Shown: positions 31,818-42,910 of the stretch, in pieces
Position numbering within the stretch: the first letter of the stretch is position 1
How the letters are laid out: each line of letters opens with the position of its first letter
Assembly (NCBI GenBank): GCA_963707635.1
Contig: OY970173.1
Location: forward strand, 1,536,001-1,600,000
Source of the DNA: Candidatus Latescibacterota bacterium
Lineage (GTDB): Bacteria > Krumholzibacteriota > Krumholzibacteriia > WVZY01 > JAKEHA01
Reading direction: 5' to 3'
Length of the DNA stretch: 64,000 bases
The notes under the pieces: generated by a model
What the model was told of the DNA's origin: nothing
What the model saw: the letters and a program-made list of their open reading frames with translations, nothing else
Databases searched by the model: none
Program-made: the position numbers and the translations under genes

Positions 31818-33896
31818 GTGAAGCAGTTCCCAGCGTCGCAGATTCGCAACGTCGCGATCATCGGGCACCAGGAGTCCGGCAAGACCGTGCTCGCCGAGTC
31901 GCTTCTGTTCACCGCGGGTTCGATTGGCCGCCGCGGACGGGTCGAGGACGGGAACACCACGATGGACTACGACAGCGAGGAAGTGACGCGCCAGATTTCC
32001 ATTCACTCCGGCGTCGGGCACTGCGAACACGCCGGCACCAAGATCAACCTGATCGACACGCCCGGGTATGAAGACTTCGTGGGTGACGTGCTGCTGGCGC
32101 TCGACGTGGTGGAAGGCGCGATCATCGCGCTGCGCGCGGACGCGGGGGTGGAAGTCGGCACCGACCGGGTGTGGGGGTTCCTGCGCGACCACGGGCTGCC
32201 GGGACTGTTCGTGGTGAACCGCATGGACAAGGAGCACGCGAATGTCGAAAACTGCCTCTCCGGGCTGACCGAGCACTTCGGCGGCGGCGTGCACGCCATG
32301 CAGCTCCCGATCGGGAGCGGAGAGACGTTTCGCGGCGTCGTCGACCTGGTCGAGATGAAGGCCTACGAGTTCGAGAAAGACGGCAAGGCCACGAAACCGA
32401 TCGAGGTTCCTGCCGACCTCAAGGAGCGCGCCGCCACGCTCCGGCGCGAGCTCATGGAGTCGGCCGCGGAATCCGACGAAGCTCTGATGGAGAAGTACCT
32501 CGAGTCCGAGTCTCTCTCCGAGGAGGAGTTCCGGACCGGGCTCGCGGCGGGCATCAGGAGCGCGCAGCTCTTCCCGGTCCTGTTCGCGTCGGCCGCCCAT
32601 AACCAGGGCGCCGCCCTCGTGCTCGACGCGGTCGTCAAGTACCTGCCCGCTGCGGATACCGGCCATTGTGTCACCTCCGACGGGAAGACGATCAAGACCG
32701 ATACCACCGGCGCGCCGGTCGCGTATGTGTTCAAGAACATCTCCGACCCGCACGTCGGTGACATGTTGGTGGTGCGCGTGTTTCACGGCTCGCTGGCGCC
32801 CGGCGCGGACGTCCACAACACCTCGCGCAACAGCTCGGAGCGTCTCGGCCAGCTGTTCGTGGTCAACGGCAAGAACCGCGAGGACACGGATCGGTTGCAG
32901 GCGGGCGACATCGGCGCGCTGGTCAAGCTGCGCGTCACCAAGGTCCGCGACACGCTGGCCGACAAGGCGAGCGGCACCGTGGTGCGGCCGACCGACCTGC
33001 CCAGGCCGTCGATCAACTCCGCGATCCTGCCGGTGGCCAAGGGTGACGAAGAGAAGATGGGCACCGGTCTCCATCGCCTGATGGACGAAGATCCCACTTT
33101 CGAGGTCATCATGAGCGGGGAGACGCACCAGACCCTGATCGCGGGGCAGGGCGAATTGCACCTGGAAATCCTGGTGCACAAGCTCAAGCAGCGCTTCGGC
33201 GTGGCGGTGACGCTCGAGAAGCCGCGCATCCCGTACCGCGAGACCATCCGGCGCGCGGCCGAGGCGCAGGGCCGCCACAAGAAACAGACCGGGGGCCGCG
33301 GGCAGTTCGGCGACGTGTGGCTGAAGATCGAGCCGCTCTCCCGCGGCAAGCAGTTCGAGTTCGTCGACGGGGTGGTGGGCGGCGTCGTGCCCAACAAATT
33401 CATCCCGGCGGTGGAAAAAGGCGTGGTGGCGACCATGGAAATGGGTGTGATCGCCGGCTATCCGATGGTCGACGTGCGCGCCACCCTCTACGACGGGAGC
33501 TATCACACGGTCGATTCGTCCGAGCAGGCGTTCAAGACCGCCGGCTCCATCGCGTTCAAGGCGGCGGTGGAAAAGGCGAACCCGATCCTGCTCGAACCCA
33601 TCGTCAACCTGCAGGTCAAGGTGCCGGACGAGTTCATGGGCGACGTGATGGGTGACCTGAGCGGGCGTCGCGGCAAGATCCAGGGCACCGAGAACCAGGG
33701 CCGGTTCGCGATCATCAACGCGCAGGTTCCGATGTCGGAGCTATACAAGTATTCGACGCACCTTCGCTCGATGACGCAGGGGCGCGGGTCGCACACCCGC
33801 GAGTTCTCGCACTACGAAGAGGTCCCGCGCGAGGTCGCCGAGAAGATCATCGCCGAGCACAAGAGCCACGTCGAGGCGCAGAGCAAATCGCACTAG
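31818..33896 (+). CDS. fusA2: Elongation factor G paralogue (EF-G2 type)
   Basis: Five-domain EF-G layout (HKKQTGGRGQFG, DGSYHTVDSS); divergent G1 GHQESGKT and G3 DTPGY; outside the str operon; AGGAGG RBS. Confidence 0.93.
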   Translation: MKQFPASQIRNVAIIGHQESGKTVLAESLLFTAGSIGRRGRVEDGNTTMDYDSEEVTRQISIHSGVGHCEHAGTKINLIDTPGYEDFVGDVLLALDVVEGAIIALRADAGVEVGTDRVWGFLRDHGLPGLFVVNRMDKEHANVENCLSGLTEHFGGGVHAMQLPIGSGETFRGVVDLVEMKAYEFEKDGKATKPIEVPADLKERAATLRRELMESAAESDEALMEKYLESESLSEEEFRTGLAAGIRSAQLFPVLFASAAHNQGAALVLDAVVKYLPAADTGHCVTSDGKTIKTDTTGAPVAYVFKNISDPHVGDMLVVRVFHGSLAPGADVHNTSRNSSERLGQLFVVNGKNREDTDRLQAGDIGALVKLRVTKVRDTLADKASGTVVRPTDLPRPSINSAILPVAKGDEEKMGTGLHRLMDEDPTFEVIMSGETHQTLIAGQGELHLEILVHKLKQRFGVAVTLEKPRIPYRETIRRAAEAQGRHKKQTGGRGQFGDVWLKIEPLSRGKQFEFVDGVVGGVVPNKFIPAVEKGVVATMEMGVIAGYPMVDVRATLYDGSYHTVDSSEQAFKTAGSIAFKAAVEKANPILLEPIVNLQVKVPDEFMGDVMGDLSGRRGKIQGTENQGRFAIINAQVPMSELYKYSTHLRSMTQGRGSHTREFSHYEEVPREVAEKIIAEHKSHVEAQSKSH

Positions 33897-33910
33897 GAGC
33901 GGAAGGATAC

Positions 33911-34654
33911 ATGTCAGGACATTCCAAGTGGTCCCAGATCAAGCACAAGAAGGCGAAGACCGACGTCCAGAAGGGGAAGGTCTTCACCAAGCTCATCCGC
34001 GAGATCACCATCGCGGCGCGCCAGGGCGGCGGCGACCCGGCCGGCAATCCGCGCCTGCGCCTCGCCATCCAGACGGCGAAGGAAAGCAACATGCCCCACG
34101 AAAACATCCAGCGCGCCGTCAAGAAGGGGACGGGCGAGCTGGAGGGGCAGGTGCTCGAGGAGTTCTCGTACGAAGGCTACGGGCCGGCGGGGGTGGCGCT
34201 GATCATCGACGTGGTCAGCGACAACCGCAACCGCACCACCGGCGAGGTTCGCCACGCCCTGACCAAACACGGCGGCAGTCTGGGGGAGAATGGCTGCGTG
34301 GCCTGGAACTTCGACACCCGGGGCGTAATCGCGGTGGACCGCAAGCGCTCCGACGAGGATACTGTCATGACGGCCGCGCTCGAGGCGGGTGCTTCCGACG
34401 TGAGCGACGAGGGTGAGGTGTTCGAAGTGTACACCGACCCGGCGGAGCTGTCGGCGGTGGCCGACGCGCTCAAGCGCGCGGGTATCCCGTACGAAACGAC
34501 CGGCGTGCACAAGGTGCCCAGGACGTTCGTCAAGCTCCTGGGCGACGACGCGCGCAAGGTATTGCGGCTGGTGGAGGCACTCGAGGACCTGGACGACGTC
34601 CAGCGGGTGAGCGCGAACTTCGACATTCCCGACGAGATCCTGCAGCAGGGGTAA
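33911..34654 (+). CDS. yebC: YebC/PmpR family protein
   Basis: MSGHSKWSQIKHKK, YEGYGPAG, DNRNRT. Confidence 0.97.
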   Translation: MSGHSKWSQIKHKKAKTDVQKGKVFTKLIREITIAARQGGGDPAGNPRLRLAIQTAKESNMPHENIQRAVKKGTGELEGQVLEEFSYEGYGPAGVALIIDVVSDNRNRTTGEVRHALTKHGGSLGENGCVAWNFDTRGVIAVDRKRSDEDTVMTAALEAGASDVSDEGEVFEVYTDPAELSAVADALKRAGIPYETTGVHKVPRTFVKLLGDDARKVLRLVEALEDLDDVQRVSANFDIPDEILQQG

Positions 34655-34702
34655 CCGGTCCTGCCTGCCGGGCGGGGGCGTCTCACCACGAGGAGGAGCG
34701 CG

Positions 34703-35191
34703 ATGTACCGGATACTCGGTGTGGATCCGGGGAGCAGCTGCACCGGGTACGGAGTCGTGCGCGGCAGCGGCGACGACGTTCGCTACCTCTCGTCCGGAAC
34801 CATATCGTCGCGGCGCACGGTGTCCCGCTACGACCGCCTGCGCGAGATCTACGCCGGGATCGAGCGCGTGATCCGCGAGTTCGAGCCGACCCACTTCGCC
34901 ATCGAGGACGTCTTCTACAGCAAGAACCCGCGCAGCGCGCTGGTGCTGGGCGAGGCGCGCGGCGCGGCGATTCTCGCCGCCACCCTGGCCGGCCTCCCGG
35001 TCTTCGAATACTCCGCGCGCGAAGTGAAACAGTCGGTCACCGGCAACGGCGCCGCCGACAAGACCCAGGTGAGCTTCATGCTCGGGCGTCTCCTGGGACT
35101 GTCGCCGTTACCAAAAAGCGCCGACGAATCGGACGCGCTGGCGGTGGCCATGTGCCACGCCTTCAAGCGCCGCGACTGGAGCGGCTCGTGA
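34703..35191 (+). CDS. ruvC: Holliday junction resolvase
   Basis: ILGVDPG..TGYG, AIEDVF, VKQSVTGNG.ADK.QV, DESDALAVA. Confidence 0.97.
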   Translation: MYRILGVDPGSSCTGYGVVRGSGDDVRYLSSGTISSRRTVSRYDRLREIYAGIERVIREFEPTHFAIEDVFYSKNPRSALVLGEARGAAILAATLAGLPVFEYSAREVKQSVTGNGAADKTQVSFMLGRLLGLSPLPKSADESDALAVAMCHAFKRRDWSGS

Positions 35192-35778
35192 TCGCGCGCA
35201 TTCGCGGCCGCGTGGTCACGGCGGACCCCAAGTGCGTGGTCGAGGTCGGCGGCGTGGGCTTCGAGCTGGCCATTCCGGAGAAGGACCGCGAGTCGCTCGC
35301 GCCGGTGGAAGGCGAGACGACCTTCTATACCCACCTGGTCGTGCGCGAGGACCGCTTGAGCCTGTTCGGTTTTCTGCACCGCGACGACCGCGAATTGTTC
35401 CTGCGCCTGATCGAGGTCTCCGGCGTGGGTCCGAAGCTCGCGCTGGCGGTGCTCGCGACTCACTCCGCCGGCCGGGTCGTCGCCGCGATCAAGAACGGCG
35501 AGCACGGCTTTCTCTCCAAGATTCCGGGGATCGGCCGGAAGACCGCGGAGCGCCTCACGATCGAGCTGGGAGATAAGCTCGACGATCTCGCGGCGGCCTC
35601 GGAACCGGAGCGGCCTGGGTCGTCGATCCACGACGAAGTGATCCTCGCGCTGACCTCGCTGGGGATGACGCGCGGCGCGGCCGAAGGCGCGCTGGAACGC
35701 ATGGCGTGGCGGCCGGACGAAGACACGACCGTGGAAGACGTGGTCCGGCGCGCGCTCAAGTACGCATCCGGAGGCTAG
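35188..35778 (+). CDS. ruvA: Holliday junction branch migration protein RuvA
   Basis: VGGVGF, VREDRLSLFGF, VSGVGPKLA, IPGIGRKTAER. Confidence 0.96.
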   Translation: MIARIRGRVVTADPKCVVEVGGVGFELAIPEKDRESLAPVEGETTFYTHLVVREDRLSLFGFLHRDDRELFLRLIEVSGVGPKLALAVLATHSAGRVVAAIKNGEHGFLSKIPGIGRKTAERLTIELGDKLDDLAAASEPERPGSSIHDEVILALTSLGMTRGAAEGALERMAWRPDEDTTVEDVVRRALKYASGG

Positions 35779-35790
35779 CTGAGCGAACCC

Positions 35791-36816
35791 ATGAACGAAC
35801 GCATCACCCATCCCGATCTGTCCGCGGAGGACGCCAAGAGCGACGCACTCCTGCGCCCGCGCAAGCTCGACGAGTTCGTCGGCCAGACCGAGCTGAAGCA
35901 GAACCTGCGCGTGTTCGTGGACGCCGCCCGCCAGCGCGGCGAGGCGCTCGACCACGTGCTGCTCTACGGCCCGCCCGGCCTCGGCAAGACCACGCTCGCC
36001 CACATCATCGCGAGCGAGCTCGAGGTGCCGATCAAGACCACATCGGGCCCGGCATTCCAGAACGCGGCCGAGCTGCTGGGCGTGTTGAGCCACGTCGAGA
36101 AGAACCAGGTGGTGTTCATCGACGAGATTCACCGCCTGCCGCGCATCCTCGAGGAGCACATGTACCAGGCGATGGACTCGCTCAAGTGCGAGCTGATCGT
36201 CGACAAGGGGCCGAACGCGCGTCACTACACGCTCAACATCGAGCCGTTCACCTTGATCGGCGCCACCACCCGCGCGGGCATGATCACCGCGCCGCTGCGC
36301 GACCGCTTCGGGGTGGTGCTGCGCCTGGACTTCTACACGCCGGACGAGCTGTGCACGATCGTCAAGCGCTCGGCCGGGATCCTCGGGGTCACGATTTCGG
36401 AAGACGGGGCGCAGGAGATCTCGCGCCGCTCGCGGGGGACACCGCGCATCGCCAACCGGTTGCTCAAGCGCACCCGCGACTTCGCCCAGGTGCAGGGCAA
36501 GGACGTGATCGACCGCGAGGCGGCCGATTTCGCGCTGGGACGCCTGCGCGTGGACACGCGCGGACTCGACGAGATGGACCGCCGGCTGCTATCGTCGATC
36601 GTCGAGAGATTCGCCGGCGGGCCGGTGGGGATCCAGTCGCTCGCGGTCGCGGTGGGCGAAGAACAGGAAACCATCGAAGACGTGTACGAACCGTTCCTGA
36701 TCCAGCAGGGATTCCTGCAGCGCACGCCGCGCGGACGGATCGCGACCTCGCTCGCACTCGCCCACCTCGGCCTCACCGCGCCGGCCGGCGAGGGCGAAAC
36801 GCCGGCGCTACTCTAA
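35791..36816 (+). CDS. ruvB: Holliday junction helicase RuvB
   Basis: LRP..L.EFVGQ, GPPGLGKTT, FIDEIHR, SRGTPRIANRLL. Confidence 0.98.
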   Translation: MNERITHPDLSAEDAKSDALLRPRKLDEFVGQTELKQNLRVFVDAARQRGEALDHVLLYGPPGLGKTTLAHIIASELEVPIKTTSGPAFQNAAELLGVLSHVEKNQVVFIDEIHRLPRILEEHMYQAMDSLKCELIVDKGPNARHYTLNIEPFTLIGATTRAGMITAPLRDRFGVVLRLDFYTPDELCTIVKRSAGILGVTISEDGAQEISRRSRGTPRIANRLLKRTRDFAQVQGKDVIDREAADFALGRLRVDTRGLDEMDRRLLSSIVERFAGGPVGIQSLAVAVGEEQETIEDVYEPFLIQQGFLQRTPRGRIATSLALAHLGLTAPAGEGETPALL

Positions 36817-36847
36817 GCACTGCTCTAATAGTCGTCGCGCGCGAGTC

Positions 36848-37888
36848 ATGCGTCTCGAGGAGTTCTCCTACCACCTGCCCGAAGAACTGATCGCCCAGTC
36901 GCCCGCCGCCGCGCGCAGCGCCAGCCGTCTCCTCGTGGCTGCGCGCCGCGGCAGCACCGCGGCGATCCACACCACGTTTGAACATCTCCCCGAGTTTCTG
37001 CACGCGGGCGACCTGGTGGTGGTGAATCGCACGCGCGTGGTGCCGGCGCGCCTGCTCGCGCGCCGCGACGACGGCCTCGAGGCCGAGGTGCTGTTTCTGC
37101 GCGCGCTTTCCGAACGGCGCTTCGTCGCGTGGGCGCGCCCGCTGCGCAAGCTTCGCGCCGGTGACGGCTTCCAGGTGGGCGCGGACGCGCGCATCCGCTG
37201 CCTCGAGCGCCTCGGCGAGCGCGAGGCCCTGTTCGAGGTGGAGTCGACGGACGCGACCGTGTTCGAGCTGCTGGATCGCTGCGGACACGTGCCGCTGCCG
37301 CCGTACATCCGGCGCGCGGACCAGGGCGAGGATCGCGAGCGCTACCAGACGGTGTTCGCGCGCGAGCCGGGGTCGGTGGCGGCGCCGACCGCGGGGCTGC
37401 ACTTCGACCGCCCCCTCCTCGACCGTCTCGCCGAGCGCGGCGTCACCGTCGCGTCGCTCGTGCTCCACGTCGGCGCCGGCACATTCGCGCCGCTGGATCA
37501 CGAACGGGTGGAGGAAAACCGCCTCCACGCGGAGCCGTTCGCGATCGGCGCGGACACGATTGCCGCCGTCGCGTCGGCGCGCGCGGAAAACCGACGGGTG
37601 GTTGCGGTCGGCACGACCACGACGCGCGCGCTCGAGGCGGCCGCGGCGTGGGGGTGGTTCGACGAGCCGCCCGCGGACCGCGCGGGCGAAACCGACCTCT
37701 TCATCCACCCCGGCTACGAGTTTCGCGTCGTGGACGCGCTGCTCACCAATTTCCATCTGCCGCGCTCCTCGCTGCTGGTGCTGGTGTGCGCGTTCATGGG
37801 AACGGATCGCGCGCTGCGCGAGTACGCCGGCGCCGTGACGGCGGGATACCGCTTCTTCAGCTACGGCGACGCCATGTTGATCGCATGA
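36848..37888 (+). CDS. queA: SAM:tRNA ribosyltransferase-isomerase
   Basis: LPEELIAQ, PLPPYI, RYQTV, AAPTAGLHF, TNFHLP, YRFFSYGDAM. Confidence 0.97.
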   Translation: MRLEEFSYHLPEELIAQSPAAARSASRLLVAARRGSTAAIHTTFEHLPEFLHAGDLVVVNRTRVVPARLLARRDDGLEAEVLFLRALSERRFVAWARPLRKLRAGDGFQVGADARIRCLERLGEREALFEVESTDATVFELLDRCGHVPLPPYIRRADQGEDRERYQTVFAREPGSVAAPTAGLHFDRPLLDRLAERGVTVASLVLHVGAGTFAPLDHERVEENRLHAEPFAIGADTIAAVASARAENRRVVAVGTTTTRALEAAAAWGWFDEPPADRAGETDLFIHPGYEFRVVDALLTNFHLPRSSLLVLVCAFMGTDRALREYAGAVTAGYRFFSYGDAMLIA

Positions 37889-37974
37889 GTCCGGCCTGCC
37901 CCCGTTGGTCCTTGGCGGCCGCGTGATTCCTTGGTAACGTCCACCCCGGGGCCGGCCCGCGCGGGGACCTGTTC

Positions 37975-40683
37975 ATGAAGAAAAAGCTCCTCATTATTGT
38001 GGCCGCGGTTGTGGTCGTCGTCGTCGTCGTGCTCGGCGTCGTCGCGGCGAACCTCGGCAAGATCGTCAACTCCCGCAAGGGAGACCTGCTGGCGCAGGCG
38101 AAGGCGCTCACCGGCCGCGAGGTGTCGGTCGGGGACGTCGGGGTCAAGTTCTGGCCGGGCGTCGGCATCAGCGTGCGCGACGTGGCCGTCGGGGACGACC
38201 CGGCCTACTCGTCGGAGCCGTTCGTGCGCGCGACGGAACTGCGCGTGAACGTGAAGGTGCTCCCGCTGTTCCGGCGACAGGTCGAGATCAAGCGCCTGGT
38301 GCTGACCGAACCGACCATCACGGTGATCAAGGGCGACGGCGGTCGCTTCAACTTCACCAGCTTGATCGAGGCGCTGGCGCCGCCGTCGACGGGGGCGAAG
38401 ACGCCGCCCGCGGCCGGCGCCGCCGCGGTGATCGCGTTTGCCGACATCGAGGCCGGGACGGTGCGCTACGTCGATCGCGTCGCCGGCGTCGACCGCAGCG
38501 TGAGCCAGATCGACTTCGAAATGCAGAACGCGCGCCTCGGCGCGGTGATCCACGCCACGCTCGCGGCCGCGGTCTTTTCCACCGACGCGCAGGACGTCCG
38601 CGTTGAGGCGAGTGTGGGACCGGTGGCCGACTCGTCGCCCGCGAGCCTCGCGAAAGCCCCGCTGGCCGCGACTCTCGAGCTCGCCCGGGTCGCCTTCGCC
38701 GACTTGATGAAATTTGCGCCCGCCGGGAAGACACCGCCGCCGGCGGGCAGCATCGAGGCGTCGGCGACGCTGTCGGGCACGCTGGGTGCGGCGCTGCTCG
38801 ACGAGCTGCGTGCGCGCGCGACGCTGTTCGGCGCGACGGAGCCCAACGCCGAAGTCGCGGCCTCGGGAGGACCGTTCGACCTGCTCGCCGACTCGACGCA
38901 GATCTTCGCGGCCGCGCGGCTGAAGGGAACCCTGACGGCCGGCCCGCTGCCGCTTTCGGCCGTGAAGCTCCCCCGCCCGGATCCGAAGGCCCCCGCGGCG
39001 ACGCTCGGCGGCGAGGCCAGCGCGCACGCTACATTTGACGGCGCGTTCACCGCGGTGGATTTCACCGGCGAGGTCGACGCGACCGCGGCATCGATCTCGC
39101 AGCCGCCGCAGTTCGAGAAGGCCGCCGGCGTTCCCGCGAAGGCGACCGTAAAGGGCACGTTTCGTCCGGCCAAGACGCCGGGCGAGGGCGTCGAGCTCAC
39201 CTCGATCGATGTGGTGTTGCACGCGCTCAAGGCCACCGGGTCCGGCCGCTTCGTTCCCTTCAAGGGCCGCGAAGCGATCGATCTCTCGTTCAAGGGCCGG
39301 ACGGCGATCGCCCCGTGGAAGGACCTGATGCCCGCGCTGGCGCTGTTCGCGCCGACCGGCGACGCGGATATCGCCGTCAAGGTGAGCGGCATGCCGAAAC
39401 CCGGAAGCCCGCCGAACGTGACCGGCACGGCGAGCTTTGCGAACGTGGGCGCCACGATTCCGCAGGTGCCGCAGCCGCTGCACGATGGGAAGGGAACGGT
39501 CGCGTTTACCGCAAAGACGGCGCGCATCGCGGGCGCCGCTTTCATGATCGGCAAGAGTGCGTTTCGCGTCGACGGCGAGGCGACCGCGCTCAAACCGCTG
39601 GCGGCGACCTACACGCTCACCTCGCCCGAGGTGTGGCGCGCGGACGTGCAGGCGGCGGCGCCCAACGCGCCCAGGCCCCCGCGCCCGGAAGTCTTTCGCG
39701 ACGTGACCGCACGCGGGCGGATGGTCGAGAAGGCTCCGACCGTGGTCGAGAACCAGATCGAACTCGTCTCGAAGAGCGGAGTGGTGTCGAACATCGACTA
39801 CACGGACCTCGCGGCGACGATGCGGGTGACTCCCGCGACCACGACCATCGATCAATTCTCCGCGAAGGCGATGGGCGGAACCGTGTCCGGCAAGGGCACC
39901 CTCGAGCCGAAGGAATCCAAATTCGCCCTGGCGACCAAGATCGAGAAGGTCAACCTCGCGGAGTATTTTCGGTACAAGTCGCCCGCGCTGGCGGACGCGC
40001 TGGTGGGCCGCATCGACGCGGACCTCACGCTGTCGGGGGCGGGTAAGACCTGGGAGGCCCTCCAACCCACGTTGGCGGGAGAAGGTACCGCGCTGGTGCT
40101 GGACGGCGCGTTTTTGAATGTAAACGTGATGGAGAAGATCGTCACGGCCATCCAGGGCATCCCGATGGTGCCACCGACCTTCGCCGCCGGGTTGCGCGAG
40201 AAGAATCCCAGACTCTTCAGCGAGAACAAGACCACGTTCCAGAAGCTCAATAGCAAGATCACGATCGCGAACGGCAAGATCCAGACGCCCGACCTGAAGC
40301 TCGTGACGCCGGACTTCGCGATCGCCGGAACCGGCTGGTTTTCGTTCGGCAAGGAGATGAACATCAATTCGACGCTCACGCTCTCGGAGAAGATGACGCG
40401 CGACATCGTCAATGAGTTCTCGATGGCCCAGTACCTGCTCTCGCCCCAGGGACGGCTGGAAGCGCCGCTCTCGCTCAAGGGTGCGATCATGAAGCCGACG
40501 GTGAGCGTGGACGCCGCCGCCCTCGCCGCGCGCGCGCAGAAATCGTTCATGCAGAACGCCGCGCCGCGCCAGAAGGTCGAGGAAGGGGTGCGGGAAGGGG
40601 TCAAGGATCTCCTCAAGGGACTCGACAAGAAGAAACCGGCGTCGAAGGCACCGGCGGACACCTCCAAGGTTCGCCCACGATGA
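37975..40683 (+). CDS. AsmA family protein
   Basis: N-terminal TM then LTGREV...P...V and VKVLPLFRRQVEIKRLVL..P; long beta-rich body; C-terminal PL.LKG...P. Confidence 0.85.
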   Translation: MKKKLLIIVAAVVVVVVVVLGVVAANLGKIVNSRKGDLLAQAKALTGREVSVGDVGVKFWPGVGISVRDVAVGDDPAYSSEPFVRATELRVNVKVLPLFRRQVEIKRLVLTEPTITVIKGDGGRFNFTSLIEALAPPSTGAKTPPAAGAAAVIAFADIEAGTVRYVDRVAGVDRSVSQIDFEMQNARLGAVIHATLAAAVFSTDAQDVRVEASVGPVADSSPASLAKAPLAATLELARVAFADLMKFAPAGKTPPPAGSIEASATLSGTLGAALLDELRARATLFGATEPNAEVAASGGPFDLLADSTQIFAAARLKGTLTAGPLPLSAVKLPRPDPKAPAATLGGEASAHATFDGAFTAVDFTGEVDATAASISQPPQFEKAAGVPAKATVKGTFRPAKTPGEGVELTSIDVVLHALKATGSGRFVPFKGREAIDLSFKGRTAIAPWKDLMPALALFAPTGDADIAVKVSGMPKPGSPPNVTGTASFANVGATIPQVPQPLHDGKGTVAFTAKTARIAGAAFMIGKSAFRVDGEATALKPLAATYTLTSPEVWRADVQAAAPNAPRPPRPEVFRDVTARGRMVEKAPTVVENQIELVSKSGVVSNIDYTDLAATMRVTPATTTIDQFSAKAMGGTVSGKGTLEPKESKFALATKIEKVNLAEYFRYKSPALADALVGRIDADLTLSGAGKTWEALQPTLAGEGTALVLDGAFLNVNVMEKIVTAIQGIPMVPPTFAAGLREKNPRLFSENKTTFQKLNSKITIANGKIQTPDLKLVTPDFAIAGTGWFSFGKEMNINSTLTLSEKMTRDIVNEFSMAQYLLSPQGRLEAPLSLKGAIMKPTVSVDAAALAARAQKSFMQNAAPRQKVEEGVREGVKDLLKGLDKKKPASKAPADTSKVRPR

Positions 40684-40732
40684 GTTGCCGACCGGCTCCG
40701 CCGGCCACCGGCGCGCCCCCGGAGTAGGACCC

Positions 40733-42235
<1,503 letters not shown>

Positions 42236-42263
42236 GACGTGAATTGAAATGATCAGATGCACG

Positions 42264-42347
42264 CTCGTGCACTCCCCCTGTCGCCGTCCTCCCGCGCACA
42301 ATGTTGGCATGCGCGACTGCGGATTGGCTCCAGAGGGAGTGCACGAG
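42264..42347. repeat. Dispersed ~85-bp hairpin element, copy 1
   Basis: Near-identical to 52951-53037; terminal inverted arms CTCGTGCACTCCC/GGGAGTGCACGAG. Confidence 0.85.
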
Positions 42348-42382
42348 GTGCCGGGAGACGCAAACGCACGCATGAATCAGCC

Positions 42383-42901
42383 ATGACCATGAACCTCCGC
42401 TATTACGGAGATCCGATCCTGCGCAAGCGTGCCTCCGACGTGACCGCGTTCGACCGGGAGCTGCGCGACATCGTCGAGGGCATGACCGAGACCATGCGGC
42501 GGGAAGAGGGCGTGGGCCTGGCGGCGACGCAGGTCGGCCTCGACATGCGCCTGCTGGTCGCGCGCCGGATGGAGGACCCCGACGACGACGAGGCCGAACC
42601 CATCGTGCTGGTCAACGCCGAGGTCGTGGAGCGCTCGCGCGAAACGTGGGAGTACGAGGAAGGGTGCTTGAGCATCCCCGGCATTCGCGGCGACGTCACC
42701 CGGCCGCTGCGGGTCACGATTCGTTACCGCGATCTCGACGGCATTGAGCGCACGCTCGACGCCGAGGGGATGTTCGCCCGGGTGCTCCAGCACGAGATCG
42801 ACCACACCGAGGGGCGCTTGTTCATCGACTACCTCTCCGCCGCTGAGAAGGCGCTGCTCAAGCCGCGTCTCAAGAAGCTCGCCGACCGCCTGTCCGGCTA
42901 G
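42383..42901 (+). CDS. def: Peptide deformylase
   Basis: GVGLAATQVG, EGCLSIPG, QHEIDH motifs. Confidence 0.97.
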   Translation: MTMNLRYYGDPILRKRASDVTAFDRELRDIVEGMTETMRREEGVGLAATQVGLDMRLLVARRMEDPDDDEAEPIVLVNAEVVERSRETWEYEEGCLSIPGIRGDVTRPLRVTIRYRDLDGIERTLDAEGMFARVLQHEIDHTEGRLFIDYLSAAEKALLKPRLKKLADRLSG

Positions 42902-42910
42902 ACGCGCAAC

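Noticed and set aside
31818..33896. Divergent GTPase motifs in EF-G as a novelty
   Set aside because: Matches the known EF-G2 paralogue class (DxPGY, degenerate G1)
42309..42345. ZTP riboswitch-like segment TGCGC-GACTGCGGA-TTGG..CCA-GGGA-GTGCA inside the dispersed repeat
   Set aside because: Has GACTGCG instead of GACTGGCG, a very short P2, no downstream P3 with CGCC-TGGG, and a second copy in an unrelated context; resemblance only
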